Positions 1 to 9,220 of a DNA stretch of 54,482 nt are shown one piece after another. This DNA is from Anaerolineae bacterium (GTDB taxonomy: Bacteria > Chloroflexota > Anaerolineae > J102). Made by a program: the position numbers and the translations under genes. A model generated the notes under the pieces. The model searched no databases and had not been told where the DNA came from. It was given only the letters and a program-made list of their open reading frames with translations. The stretch covers positions 1 to 54,482 of the forward strand of contig JALWZT010000212.1 of assembly GCA_027002405.1 (NCBI GenBank), written 5' to 3'. The stretch's first letter is position 1. Each line of letters starts with the position of its first letter.

Positions 1-177
1 ACGGGCGCCATGGGCGTCTTACCCCTGGCCGTAGGGTTCCTGGTGGCCTTTGTTTCGGGGTTCCTGGCCATTCGCTACCTGCTGCGTTACCTGCAAAACC
101 ATACCCTTTACATTTTTGCCTATTACGTCTGGGCCGTGGCCCTGCTTTCCCTGGCCCGATTTTTCCTGGTAGGATAG
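1..177 (+). CDS. uppP: undecaprenyl-diphosphate phosphatase (UppP/BacA family), C-terminal fragment; the 5' part lies outside the window
   Basis: Frame 1 is open from base 1 to TAG 175-177. It reads TGAMGVLPLAVGFLVAFVSGFLAIRYLLRYLQNHTLYIFAYYVWAVALLSLARFFLVG. The hydrophobic tail resembles BacA/UppP C-termini as I recall them. It is absent from the ORF track because it has no start in the window. Confidence 0.5.
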   Translation, partial: TGAMGVLPLAVGFLVAFVSGFLAIRYLLRYLQNHTLYIFAYYVWAVALLSLARFFLVG

Positions 178-192
178 GGGGAAATACGACAA

Positions 193-221
193 ATGACACA
201 AACTCTCACTTGTGATATGAT
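193..221 (+). promoter_or_regulatory. candidate sigma-70-type promoter upstream of the ParA-family gene
   Basis: ATGACA (193-198), a 17-nt spacer, then TATGAT (216-221) preceded by TG (213-214). It lies about 50 nt upstream of the ATG at 272. This is a by-eye consensus match only. Confidence 0.3.
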
Positions 222-271
222 ATACTGAATTAGAACCTCTCCCCCATTCTACCACGAAGGAACGCATAACC

Positions 272-1111
272 ATGGCCCGAATTATTGCTGTGATCAACCA
301 AAAAGGTGGTGTAGGAAAAACAACGGCTGTGTACAATATCGGAGCCGCGGCCGCGGAATTGGGCTACAAGACCCTTTTGGTTGATCTGGACCCTCAGGCC
401 GCGCTCACAGCCTCGGTGGGGCTCCACCCCAGTCGCCTTCATAAATCCATCTACCACCTCCTCCTGGCCAAAGAACTGGACCCGCAACAAACCCTGATCA
501 AAGACATCCGACCGAATCTCGATATCATCCCCGCCAATCCCGAACTTGTCCAATCCGACATCGAAATCGCCCAGCAAATAGGTCGGGAATATCTGCTCCA
601 GGAAGCCCTTTACCCCCTTAAGCCCGACTATGACCTCATCCTCATCGACAATGGCCCCAGCCTTGGCGTCCTCACTATCAACGCCCTCACCGCAGCCGAT
701 GGCGTGATCATCCCTTTGATCTGTGAATATCTGGCCCTGAGAGGCATGGGGATGCTTATCGACATGATGCGTCGCGTGCGTGAACATACCAACCCGGACC
801 TCAAAATCCTGGGGGTGCTCATCACCATGTATGACCCCAAGTCCATCCACAGCCGGGAAGTCTACCAGGAAGCCAAAAACATCTTTGGCTCCTATGTTTT
901 CGAGCCCCCTATTCCCAAATCATCACGCTTTGCCGAAGCCGCAGCGGCACAACGTCCCATCATCGAATACGATCCCACGCATCCGGCAGCAGACATCTAC
1001 CGTAGCGTGGCCCAACGCATCATACAGTTCTCCAACCCCCAGGCCACCCTTCCCTCCCCAACCGTTCCCAGCCACTCTCAAGAAGAAGTCCTCTCCACCC
1101 CCTCAACCTGA
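272..1111 (+). CDS. ParA/Soj-family ATPase (no parB adjacent)
   Basis: 279 aa. It has the deviant Walker A MARIIAVINQKGGVGKTT and the LVDLDPQA motif, with ParA-like length and layout. Confidence 0.9.
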   Translation: MARIIAVINQKGGVGKTTAVYNIGAAAAELGYKTLLVDLDPQAALTASVGLHPSRLHKSIYHLLLAKELDPQQTLIKDIRPNLDIIPANPELVQSDIEIAQQIGREYLLQEALYPLKPDYDLILIDNGPSLGVLTINALTAADGVIIPLICEYLALRGMGMLIDMMRRVREHTNPDLKILGVLITMYDPKSIHSREVYQEAKNIFGSYVFEPPIPKSSRFAEAAAAQRPIIEYDPTHPAADIYRSVAQRIIQFSNPQATLPSPTVPSHSQEEVLSTPST

Positions 1112-1169
1112 CCCCAGTCTCTCATATCCAGTATCCAACACCTATCCTGTCCCTGAAATCGCCCGTTTC

Positions 1170-1913
1170 ATGAGGCTTTCTCAGCACCTCCGCCCCGTTC
1201 TGGACATGCTTTTCCCTCCCCGGTGTGTTTCGTGTGGGCGACTGGGAACTTTTTTGTGTGACACCTGTTTACAGGAAGCGCAAGCCATCGATGCCCGCGT
1301 CTGCATCCATTGCGGCGTGCCCATGACCCAACGAGGGCAATGCCCCCATTGCCGTATCGATCCCCCTACTCCCCTGCGAGCCATTCGCGGGGTTTTCTTT
1401 TTTCAGGGGCCTATCCGTCAGGGCATCCACAGCCTGAAATACGAAGGCAGGCATGAGCTTGCCCCCATCCTGGCCCGCCCCCTGGCCCAATACCTACACG
1501 ATCATCCCATCCCTTTGGACTTCATCGTCCCCGTCCCCCTTCATCCGGAAAGGCAAGCCCAACGGGGATACAACCAAAGCGCCCTCCTCGCCCGTGCCTT
1601 GGGGCGCTTACGTCATCTGCCCGTACACGAACACGCCCTGCAACGCATTCGCGCCACCCAATCGCAAACCCATCTATCCAGGCAGGAACGCCTGGCCAAC
1701 GTACGCGGTGCTTTCGCAGCCACGGAAAATCTGAAGAATGCCCGAGTGCTCCTCGTTGACGACGTGGCCACCACAGGCGCCACCTTGCGGGCCTGCGCTC
1801 AGGCCCTGCAACAAGCCGGTGCTACCCACATATGGGCCCTGACCGTAGCCCGGGCCCATCCGCCCTATCCGATCGAAGTGCAGATGGGGAACAATACACG
1901 GATACCCCCATAG
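1170..1913 (+). CDS. comF: ComF-family protein (zinc-ribbon plus phosphoribosyltransferase domain)
   Basis: The internal ATG at 1170 is in frame with ORF 780..1913 and gives MRLSQHLRPVLDMLFPPRCVSCG...CDTC...CIHCG...CPHC, followed by the PRTase motif VLLVDDVATTGATL. The Pro-rich 130-aa upstream extension overlaps parA and is unlikely to be coding. Confidence 0.85.
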   Translation: MRLSQHLRPVLDMLFPPRCVSCGRLGTFLCDTCLQEAQAIDARVCIHCGVPMTQRGQCPHCRIDPPTPLRAIRGVFFFQGPIRQGIHSLKYEGRHELAPILARPLAQYLHDHPIPLDFIVPVPLHPERQAQRGYNQSALLARALGRLRHLPVHEHALQRIRATQSQTHLSRQERLANVRGAFAATENLKNARVLLVDDVATTGATLRACAQALQQAGATHIWALTVARAHPPYPIEVQMGNNTRIPP

Positions 1914-1990
1914 CGAAACCAAAAAGCAGCTATTCAGGGCATGGTTCAAAATTTTGGCGTAGTTCATATTCCTCTCGAAGGCCTCCTCTT

Positions 1991-3400
1991 ATGTCCACCC
2001 GATGCATTCTTTTCAGCTTGAGCATTCTGATTATCGCCCTGGTATTGATTTTTGCCCTGGGAGGCGAGACGGACGTCGCCCGAGCTTATCCTCCACCACC
2101 CGCGGCCACCCCGGCCGACGCATCGCCAGCCTTCGCCAACTGGCTGCCCCTCACTTTGCTGCCGCAGTGGGCGTATTCAGGCCAACAAATCCCGTTCTGG
2201 CACCCCTACTCCCGCGCTCGCGAAGATGCCATGATGCGTATGGCGAATGAGTTCAACACGTCCAACGCCTGGCAGGTATCCATCGAACCTCAGTTTCAGG
2301 GCTCCTACGGAGAGATTTACCAAAAAATGTTGGCCGCTATTGCTTCGGGAGGATTGCCCGGCCTGGTGGTGGCCTATCAAAACCAGGCGGCCGCGTACCA
2401 GCTCTCCAACGCCCTGGTGGATATCAACACGTACGTCAACGATCCGGAGTGGGGCCTGAGCCAGGAGGCGTTGGACGATTACTTCCCCGCCATCCTGCAG
2501 GCGGATATCAGCCAGCAATTCGGGGGCATGAGGATGGGATTCCCCATGGGCCGCTCCATCGAAGTGCTGTATTACAATGCCGACTGGTTGCAAGAAATGG
2601 GCTACGACGGCCCGCCCACCACCTGGGATCAACTTCGCGAAATGGCCTGCAAGGCGGTGCAACAGTCCTTCTCGGGCGGGCCTGCGGGCGAACCTTCTCT
2701 CGGTTATGAGATTTCTACGGACGCTTCCCGTTTTGCGTCCATGGTTTTCAGCCGTGGCGGCGATCTCATCAATGCCGACATGAACGCCTACACTCTGAAC
2801 ACATCCCAGAGCCGCGAGGCCATGACTTTCATGCAGAAGCTCTATCAGGATGGCTGTGCAGGCATGATCACGGAAAGGTATGGGGACCAGATTGACTTTG
2901 GTCAAGGGAAGTTGCTCTTCACCATCGGCTCTTCGTCCGGCCTTCCCTATTATAAAACGGCTGTGGCTGTGGGTGCAGACTTCCATTGGTCTGTAGCGGC
3001 GTTGCCCCACACCACGCCCGATCCCGTGGTGAACATCTACGGCGCCAGCGTCAGCATGCCCAAGACCACGACCGAGGAACAATTGGCCGCCTGGACCTTC
3101 CTCAAATGGTTTACCCAACCGGAGCAGCAGGCTGCCTGGGCCAAAGCGACCAACTACTTTCCAGTGCGCAAATCCGCGGCTGATGAGTTGGGCGACTACT
3201 TTGCCGAAAATCCTGCCTATGCAACAGCCTTCGCACTTCTCCCCTACGGCAAGAGCGAGCCCCCCGTGGCCTGCTATGATCGGGTGCGGGCGATGATTTC
3301 CGCCACCTATGAAAGCATTCTGGGAGGAGCGGATGTCGAAAGCGCCCTGGCCCTGCTCGAAACGGACGCCAACGCTACGCTTGCGGATTGTCGGCAGTAA
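1991..3400 (+). CDS. ABC transporter extracellular solute-binding protein (family 1, sugar-type)
   Basis: Starting at ATG 1991 gives the signal/anchor MSTRCILFSLSILIIALVLIFALGG. The body has family-1 SBP character (FPMGRSIEVLYYNADWL, LFTIGSSSGLPYY). No permease or ATPase genes are adjacent. Confidence 0.8.
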   Translation: MSTRCILFSLSILIIALVLIFALGGETDVARAYPPPPAATPADASPAFANWLPLTLLPQWAYSGQQIPFWHPYSRAREDAMMRMANEFNTSNAWQVSIEPQFQGSYGEIYQKMLAAIASGGLPGLVVAYQNQAAAYQLSNALVDINTYVNDPEWGLSQEALDDYFPAILQADISQQFGGMRMGFPMGRSIEVLYYNADWLQEMGYDGPPTTWDQLREMACKAVQQSFSGGPAGEPSLGYEISTDASRFASMVFSRGGDLINADMNAYTLNTSQSREAMTFMQKLYQDGCAGMITERYGDQIDFGQGKLLFTIGSSSGLPYYKTAVAVGADFHWSVAALPHTTPDPVVNIYGASVSMPKTTTEEQLAAWTFLKWFTQPEQQAAWAKATNYFPVRKSAADELGDYFAENPAYATAFALLPYGKSEPPVACYDRVRAMISATYESILGGADVESALALLETDANATLADCRQ

Positions 3401-3483
3401 TCGTCGTTACTGCCAGGATGGCTCGCTTCGGCATTCAACATCAAGGCGACTGCTCACATAACCCGGTTTACACTCAACACGGA

Positions 3484-3557
3484 TGCGAAGAAACACGGAT
3501 AAAACTTTTTGAATGACTTTGCGTCTTCGTTTCCCTCCCACCTTCGTGGCAAAAAAG
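3484..3557. repeat. H-type CACGAAG/CTTCGTG low-complexity element (copy H1, weakest copy)
   Basis: gcgaagaaacacgg ... gcgtcttcgtttccctcccaccttcgtggcaaaaaag. It shares the CCTTCGTGGC-A/T-run word with H2 (25393-25533) and H3 (33899-34045). It lies between convergent gene ends. Confidence 0.4.
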
Positions 3558-3576
3558 CGATGGGATACCTGAGCAG

Positions 3577-5058
3577 TTACAAATTCCTCAAAAAGATATT
3601 TTGGGCTAAGTGATTGTCCAGAAATAACCTCCCTACATCTCTTCCATACAGCCGCACAGCCGCGGCAATGAGCCCCGCGTGCACCCAACTGGCCGCAAGC
3701 CAAATCCCATCGGTGGACTGATAAGCCAGACCTATGAGGGCGACATAACTTATCACCAACCCCAATAGCATCCCCCGCAGCATGCCATCCTCCTGGGCCC
3801 GGGCCACCTTAACCCCAGGCAGGATGAGAGCGACAACATAGCCACCAAACAGCAACAATCCCAGGAGTCCGGTTTCGTGCAGCAACCGTACGGTTAAATT
3901 GCTGATCCAGGCAGGGTGCGCTCGCAGCATGCCATGGATGGCGTAAAAAGCCCCAGGGCCCCACCCCGTCCATGGATGCTCCCGCCAATCTTGCATGGCC
4001 AATGTCCAATCGGCCAGCCGGGCAGAAAAGGTGGGATCATATTCCAGATTGAGAAAAGACTGCAAGCGATTCACAAAAGGCCAGGTCGAGGGGAGATAGG
4101 GCGTCACCGAAAGAATCACCAGAACAAGGAGGGGGGAGGCCATCAGCGCCAGCAACAACCGATTGATCTGGCTCCACGAGGAGCGATGTTCAAATACAAT
4201 GACCGCGGTCACCCCTACAGCCAACATGATCCACGCGGCCCGAGACATGCTAAGCAACACCGCGACCCAAAGAATCCCCAGACCCAAAATCCGTAGAGCC
4301 TGACGGCGCCGTGCGTCTCGGACCCGTCGGCCCGCCAGATAAATCATAAGCAAAGCAATGGCCCAGGAAGCCGAATGGCTGCCAAAGAGATTGCCCTCTT
4401 CGAAGGTGCCATAAGGCACGGGCTCTGTGAAATTCCAGGCCACCTGCACGCCCAAATTGATGCCCCAGGGGAACACAGCCCGGGCCAGGATGCCATAGGC
4501 CGCTTCGACCACACCGGCAGCCAGGAAAAAACTCACGGCCCGTCGCCAGCTCTGCATATCGGGGATGAGATTCAACACCAGGATAAAAGTGAGCACGGCC
4601 AGGCCTATCCGCAAGGTATTCTGCAGGCCCATCCGGGGGTCAGGATGCACCCAAAGCCCGGAAAGACCGTTCATGCCCACCCAGCCCAGGGCCAACCAGG
4701 CGGCCGCGGGCATATGCAATCTTCGACGCGCCAAGCCCAATTGCAAAAACCCTAAACCGGCCACCCCCACCGCGGCCACATGCTCCGGGCGCACCGTCAC
4801 CGGCCCTACATCCACCCGAAAATGAGTCAGCAAGGCCGCGGAAGCCAGCAAAACCACTCCGCTAAAAGGCCATCCCAACAACAATCCGGCCAAAATCACC
4901 ACGCCCCCCAACATGGCCAGGGCCGCCAAAGGATGAATGGGGACCAGCAACACCAGGCTCCCTGCCACCGCGCCCAATGCCGCGGCGGCAAACAGCCATG
5001 ACCGATCCTGATGAGAGGACGGTTGTTCCAGCCCCGTGGTGTTTCCTGATGCCGTCAT
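3577..5058 (-). CDS. O-antigen ligase/polymerase-like (Wzy_C-type) polytopic membrane protein
   Basis: 493 aa with at least 10 hydrophobic segments. A central loop region with LLSMSRAAWIMLAVGV is typical of O-antigen-ligase-family proteins. There is a 4-nt overlap with the upstream acyltransferase gene. Confidence 0.65.
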   Translation of the reverse strand: MTASGNTTGLEQPSSHQDRSWLFAAAALGAVAGSLVLLVPIHPLAALAMLGGVVILAGLLLGWPFSGVVLLASAALLTHFRVDVGPVTVRPEHVAAVGVAGLGFLQLGLARRRLHMPAAAWLALGWVGMNGLSGLWVHPDPRMGLQNTLRIGLAVLTFILVLNLIPDMQSWRRAVSFFLAAGVVEAAYGILARAVFPWGINLGVQVAWNFTEPVPYGTFEEGNLFGSHSASWAIALLMIYLAGRRVRDARRRQALRILGLGILWVAVLLSMSRAAWIMLAVGVTAVIVFEHRSSWSQINRLLLALMASPLLVLVILSVTPYLPSTWPFVNRLQSFLNLEYDPTFSARLADWTLAMQDWREHPWTGWGPGAFYAIHGMLRAHPAWISNLTVRLLHETGLLGLLLFGGYVVALILPGVKVARAQEDGMLRGMLLGLVISYVALIGLAYQSTDGIWLAASWVHAGLIAAAVRLYGRDVGRLFLDNHLAQNIFLRNL

Positions 5059-5774
5059 AGCTTATCCTCCCGGAATTTGATCACCCGGGCCGGGACCCCG
5101 CCCACCACCGCGAAGGGCGGCACATCCTTGGTCACCACACTCCCCGCGGCCACCACAGCCCCTCGCCCAATGGTCACTCCATCCAACACGATTACCCCTG
5201 ACCCTAACCACACATCATCCTCCACCACGATCCCCTGGTGCGTCACCCCTTGGGCCTTGATGGGGATATCGGTGCGCTCAAAACGATGATTCTCCGAATG
5301 GAATCGTACACCTTGACCAATGAGCACATGACTCCCAATGCGCACCCCTCCGGCTGCGCCTACAAAATTGTAATCCCCCAAATTGGAATTATCCCCAATC
5401 CAAAACCCCTCTCCCAGATGGGTGATCACCCCCGTGCACTCGATGACCGAAAATCGTCCGATGGACACATTATCCCCCATGTGGACCCCATGCCGACTCA
5501 ACGCGTCGATTTTAACGTCATCTTCCAGGGTGACACTCCGCCCCAGATAAATCAGATGCGTATGAAGCATCTGTACCCGTCGGCCAACGAACAAAGTCCC
5601 CTGACATGCCCCCAAAAAAGGCTTACGAAGCCACCCACGCATGTAGGCCAGCCCACGTTCCTTCAGCAAAGTAATCAGTGCAATCGTAGGAACCGCGGGA
5701 TCGATGGTATAATGAGGATCGTGTTTTAGCTTACGGATAAGTCGTTGAAGCATGGTTCGTATCATGCCTTTCAT
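5055..5774 (-). CDS. hexapeptide-repeat (left-handed beta-helix) acyl/acetyltransferase
   Basis: Hexapeptide repeats are IGDNSNLGDYNFVGAAGGVRIGSHVLIGQGV and VVEDDVWLGSGVIVLDGVTIGRGAVVAAGSVVTKDVPPFAVVGGVPARVI. The start is placed at ATG 5774 (MKGMIRTM) rather than 5903, to avoid overlap with the divergent gene. Confidence 0.85.
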   Translation of the reverse strand: MKGMIRTMLQRLIRKLKHDPHYTIDPAVPTIALITLLKERGLAYMRGWLRKPFLGACQGTLFVGRRVQMLHTHLIYLGRSVTLEDDVKIDALSRHGVHMGDNVSIGRFSVIECTGVITHLGEGFWIGDNSNLGDYNFVGAAGGVRIGSHVLIGQGVRFHSENHRFERTDIPIKAQGVTHQGIVVEDDVWLGSGVIVLDGVTIGRGAVVAAGSVVTKDVPPFAVVGGVPARVIKFREDKL

Positions 5775-5819
5775 TGTAAAAGCAACTTGCCGAATCGGCA
5801 ACGTTTTCAGGAGACCGCT

Positions 5820-6707
5820 ATGGTAGCAGAACCCTCCTACGAACTTCTGGTCATCATCCTGGATGACATTGACAAACTCCCAGCCATGTTGGATGCCCTG
5901 CACGAAGCCGGAGTCTCAGGGATGACGCTGCTCAGCAGCATCGGAGGATATCGTGCCCGAACCTGGCTGGATGAGATTGGGCTTTCGGGCTTGCATAAGA
6001 TGTTTGGAACCCCCGAATTGAGGCGACGAACCCTGCTAACTGTGATGAAAGCCGATCAAATTGACAGGGCAATTGCTGCGGCCGAGCTGGCTCTAGGGGG
6101 ATTTGATCGAGAAAACAGCGGGATTCTCTTCACCTTGCCTGTGCGTCGCGTGCTGGGGTTACACAAACGCTATCGTACCCCCGAATCAGAAACCCTGCCC
6201 GCGACCGACCTGACAGATATCGCCATCCGCCACACTCCCCTGACCCGGGTTCCACACATCACTAACCTTCAGCCCATCACCCTTCCTACCGATGCCACCT
6301 TGCAGCAAGCCGCCCAGGCATTCACTCAAAATCCTTCCATCCATGTGGCTTCGGTGATTAGCCAAACGGGCCATTTATTGGGCATAGTCCCCCTCCAGTT
6401 GCTTGCCAACTACTTTTTCTTCGGCATCATGCCCGAAATCTTCTACGGAAAGATTACAACCGATTACGAACAGAGTCTAGATTTCGGGAAAATGGCTAAT
6501 GTGCATAATGTGGCCGACCTCATGCTGGACCCGGTGAGTGTGCAGATGCAAGATACCGTAGGCCAGGCTTTTGCTCTCATGCATAAACATGATCTTTCGG
6601 GGCTGCCCCTTGTGGATGAAAACATGCATGTCATCGGCCTGGTCACTCTACAGCGTCTCATGAGCTTTGCCCTCACCCAACTTTCCCACCGCAAGGAGGG
6701 GGACTAA
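5820..6707 (+). CDS. P-II-like (GlnB-fold) N-terminal domain fused to a CBS-domain pair
   Basis: Starting at ATG 5820 gives MVAEPSYELLVIILDDIDKLPAMLDALHEAGVSGMTLLSSIGG, which is P-II-like. The C-terminal half has two CBS-like units (HVASVISQTGHLLGIVP; SGLPLVDENMHVIGLVTLQRL). The P-II assignment is from recall. Confidence 0.6.
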   Translation: MVAEPSYELLVIILDDIDKLPAMLDALHEAGVSGMTLLSSIGGYRARTWLDEIGLSGLHKMFGTPELRRRTLLTVMKADQIDRAIAAAELALGGFDRENSGILFTLPVRRVLGLHKRYRTPESETLPATDLTDIAIRHTPLTRVPHITNLQPITLPTDATLQQAAQAFTQNPSIHVASVISQTGHLLGIVPLQLLANYFFFGIMPEIFYGKITTDYEQSLDFGKMANVHNVADLMLDPVSVQMQDTVGQAFALMHKHDLSGLPLVDENMHVIGLVTLQRLMSFALTQLSHRKEGD

Positions 6708-6718
6708 GAGCATATCCC

Positions 6719-7990
6719 ATGAATGAAACCACCATTGCTCTCATCATTTTTATCCTGGTTTACGGCGCCATTGTCACCGAAAAAGTAGACCGGGCTGCCG
6801 TGGCTTTGGTAGGGGCCATGGCCGCCATCATGCTTATCGGCTCTTTCGATCAGGAACGAGCCTTTGACGCTATTGATCTCAACGTCCTTTTCTTGCTGAC
6901 GGGGATGATGGTCATTGCTCACGTTATGAGCGAAACCGGGGTCTTTCAGTGGCTGGGCGTGAAAGCCATCCAACTCGGACAAGGCAACCCCACCCGTATC
7001 ATGCAAATCCTGGTTGTGGTGACGGCCGTCACCTCCGCGCTTTTGGATAACGTGACTGTGGTGGTCTTGCTGGCGCCGGTGACCCTGGTCGCGGCCTCCA
7101 ATTTGGGCGTCGACCCCATCCCCTTTCTCATCGCGGAAGTGCTGGCTTCCAATATCGGCGGGGCCTCCACTCTCATCGGGGACCCACCGAACATCCTTAT
7201 CGGCAGTGCCGCGGGTATTGACTTCCTGACCTTTCTCATCAACATGGGGCCATACATTGCGGTCACACTCACCTTGTTCACCCTGGGGCTCCCCCTTCTC
7301 TTCCGTAAGCAATTGCGCATCGCCCGAGACCAACAGTCCCAGACCGTGAGCATGGATGCGTCGGGGCTTATCACAGACCCTGTGTTGTTGCGTAAATCCC
7401 TGATTGTGCTTGGGTTTGTGCTGGTCGGTTTCATGCTTCACGGCTTTTTGGGGTTGGAAAGTGCGACCATTGCCCTGGCCGGGGCCTCGGTGCTCATGCT
7501 CTGGACCCGGCAATCAGCCCACCAGGTCTTTCATCATGTGGAATGGGCCACCCTCATGTTTTTTGTGGGGCTTTTCATTCTGGTGGAAGCCCTGGTCCAT
7601 GTGGGAGTCATCGATGCCATTGCCAACTGGCTGTTCCAGGTCACCCATGGCAACGTGGCGGTGACCACCATCGCCCTGCTTTGGGGTTCTGCCATTCTCA
7701 GTGGATTGGTCGATAACATCCCCTACACAGCGACCATCATTCCCGTCATCCTCAAGCTGGCCGAAGATGGCATGCATGTCTGGCCCCTTTGGTGGGCTCT
7801 GGCTATGGGGGCGGATTTAGGTGGGAACATGACCATCATCGGCGCTTCGGCCAATGTGGTGGTCGCCAGTTTTGCCGAGCGCAGCGGGCATCGCATTTCC
7901 TTCGCCACCTTCGCCAAGTACGGCATGGTCACCACCTTAGGCTCCATGCTCCTTGCCACCCTCTACCTGAGCCTCTTCTATCTCCGATAA
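6719..7990 (+). CDS. ArsB/NhaD-superfamily (citrate-transporter-like) anion permease
   Basis: 423 aa, polytopic, with an internally duplicated layout. The N-terminus MNETTIALIIFILVYGAIVTEKVDRAAVALVGA and the LGGNMTIIGASANVV motif are typical of this permease superfamily. Confidence 0.8.
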   Translation: MNETTIALIIFILVYGAIVTEKVDRAAVALVGAMAAIMLIGSFDQERAFDAIDLNVLFLLTGMMVIAHVMSETGVFQWLGVKAIQLGQGNPTRIMQILVVVTAVTSALLDNVTVVVLLAPVTLVAASNLGVDPIPFLIAEVLASNIGGASTLIGDPPNILIGSAAGIDFLTFLINMGPYIAVTLTLFTLGLPLLFRKQLRIARDQQSQTVSMDASGLITDPVLLRKSLIVLGFVLVGFMLHGFLGLESATIALAGASVLMLWTRQSAHQVFHHVEWATLMFFVGLFILVEALVHVGVIDAIANWLFQVTHGNVAVTTIALLWGSAILSGLVDNIPYTATIIPVILKLAEDGMHVWPLWWALAMGADLGGNMTIIGASANVVVASFAERSGHRISFATFAKYGMVTTLGSMLLATLYLSLFYLR

Positions 7991-8017
7991 CACGCATACC
8001 CACATCCTACATGGATC

Positions 8018-8212
8018 ATGAATAAAGAAGCCCTCATCGCCCGCAAACACGAGGTCATCGCTCAGATGGCTCGCATACGTCGGGAGCTGGCGCGAGAACA
8101 ACGCGGGGCAGGGAAAGCCCATTCCCGTCAACGGGAACGCCTCGAACGCCAACTGGAACAGCTCATGGCCGAGGAATACCGGCTGCGCCTGCTCATTGAT
8201 CGCAGCCGGTAA
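8018..8212 (+). CDS. small basic coiled-coil protein (hypothetical)
   Basis: 64 aa, MNKEALIARKHEVIAQMARIRRELAREQRG...LMAEEYRLRLLIDRSR. It starts 27 nt after the permease stop and is followed by hairpin element G1. No family was recognised. Confidence 0.5.
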   Translation: MNKEALIARKHEVIAQMARIRRELAREQRGAGKAHSRQRERLERQLEQLMAEEYRLRLLIDRSR

Positions 8213-8228
8213 GTCGCTCCTATTCAGG

Positions 8229-8373
8229 GATGCACTGCAAAAAGGTTTTTCAACACGGAGACACGGAGGACACAGAGAAAAATAAGAGGGTTCGCGGAGA
8301 AAATCCTCTCCAAACCCTATCTTTTTCCTTCTCCGTGCTCTCTGTGTCTCCGTGGTTAAGTTTTTTTCAGGAC
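8229..8373. repeat. G-type long-hairpin element, copy G1 (probable bidirectional terminator)
   Basis: tgcactgcaaaaaggtttttcaacacggagacacggaggacacagagaa ... ttctccgtgctctctgtgtctccgtggttaagtttttttcagg. The arms are ACACGGAG-type tandem units, with an A-run on the left and a T-run on the right. It sits between convergent genes. A near-identical inverted copy is at 38689-38836. Confidence 0.85.
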
Positions 8374-8375
8374 AT

Positions 8376-9212
8376 TCATTCAGGCATGGCAAAGACACGT
8401 TCGGGGTGCCCAGGTAGGGAAAGCTCGGGCGCGTCGTATTCCTTGAGCGCGCCACTTTCCAGGTAAACACTGACCTTCCCCAACAAGACATTCAAATAGC
8501 GCACCACCCCTGGCCCGTCGGGCGTCAGCACCTTTTGCCCGACCTTGGGCAGATGTTTACGCGCGGCCAGGTACATGTCGTTTTCATAGGCCAGGCTGCA
8601 CATCAGCCGACCACACACGCCCGAGATATCGGCCGAGCTCAGAGGGATATTCTGATTTTTGGCCATCCGAATCGAGACGGAATGAAACTCTCGTAAAAAC
8701 GTTCTGCAACACAACCGCCGTCCGCAACGCCCGTAATCCCCCACGATCCTCGCCTGATCCCGGACGCCGATCTGACGCATCTCGATGCGGGTGCTGAAAT
8801 GCCGGGCCAAATCCCGCACCAGGGCTCGGAAATCCACCCGTTTCTCTGCCACGAATTCCACAGTCAAGCGCTCTCCATTGTAGCTGTACGAACAGCGTAC
8901 CACGCGCATATTGAGGCCATGCTCATTGGCTTTTTGCTGACATACAGGCATGGCCGCTTGGGCTTGCTTTTCCCAGTAGACCTTCTGGTCCAAATCGTAC
9001 TTGCTAGCCCGGCGCAAGATTCTCTTCAGCGGGCCTTCCAGCTCATCTTCGGCCAATTCCCTGGCGGGCACCACCACCTGGGCCAATTCCTTGCCGCGAG
9101 CCGTCTCGACCAGAACCCATTCCCCGGGCAACAAATCCGTGTAAGGGCCTGGATCGAAATCATAAAGTTTTGTAACAGGCTGAAATTGAACACTGACAGC
9201 TTGGGGCATCAC
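8376..9212 (-). CDS. ricT: PSP1-domain protein (RicT/YaaT-like)
   Basis: 278 aa with the Cys cluster YGRCGRRLCCRTFLREF. It lies immediately downstream of holB, as in the Bacillus holB-yaaT arrangement. Confidence 0.85.
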   Translation of the reverse strand: MMPQAVSVQFQPVTKLYDFDPGPYTDLLPGEWVLVETARGKELAQVVVPARELAEDELEGPLKRILRRASKYDLDQKVYWEKQAQAAMPVCQQKANEHGLNMRVVRCSYSYNGERLTVEFVAEKRVDFRALVRDLARHFSTRIEMRQIGVRDQARIVGDYGRCGRRLCCRTFLREFHSVSIRMAKNQNIPLSSADISGVCGRLMCSLAYENDMYLAARKHLPKVGQKVLTPDGPGVVRYLNVLLGKVSVYLESGALKEYDAPELSLPGHPERVFAMPE

Positions 9213-9220
9213 ATTCCTCG

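Noticed and set aside
780-1169. N-terminal 130-aa extension of the ComF ORF (start at 780).
   Set aside because: It overlaps the 3' third of parA in another frame and is Pro/Ser/Thr-rich low complexity. The ComF-family similarity begins at the internal ATG 1170.
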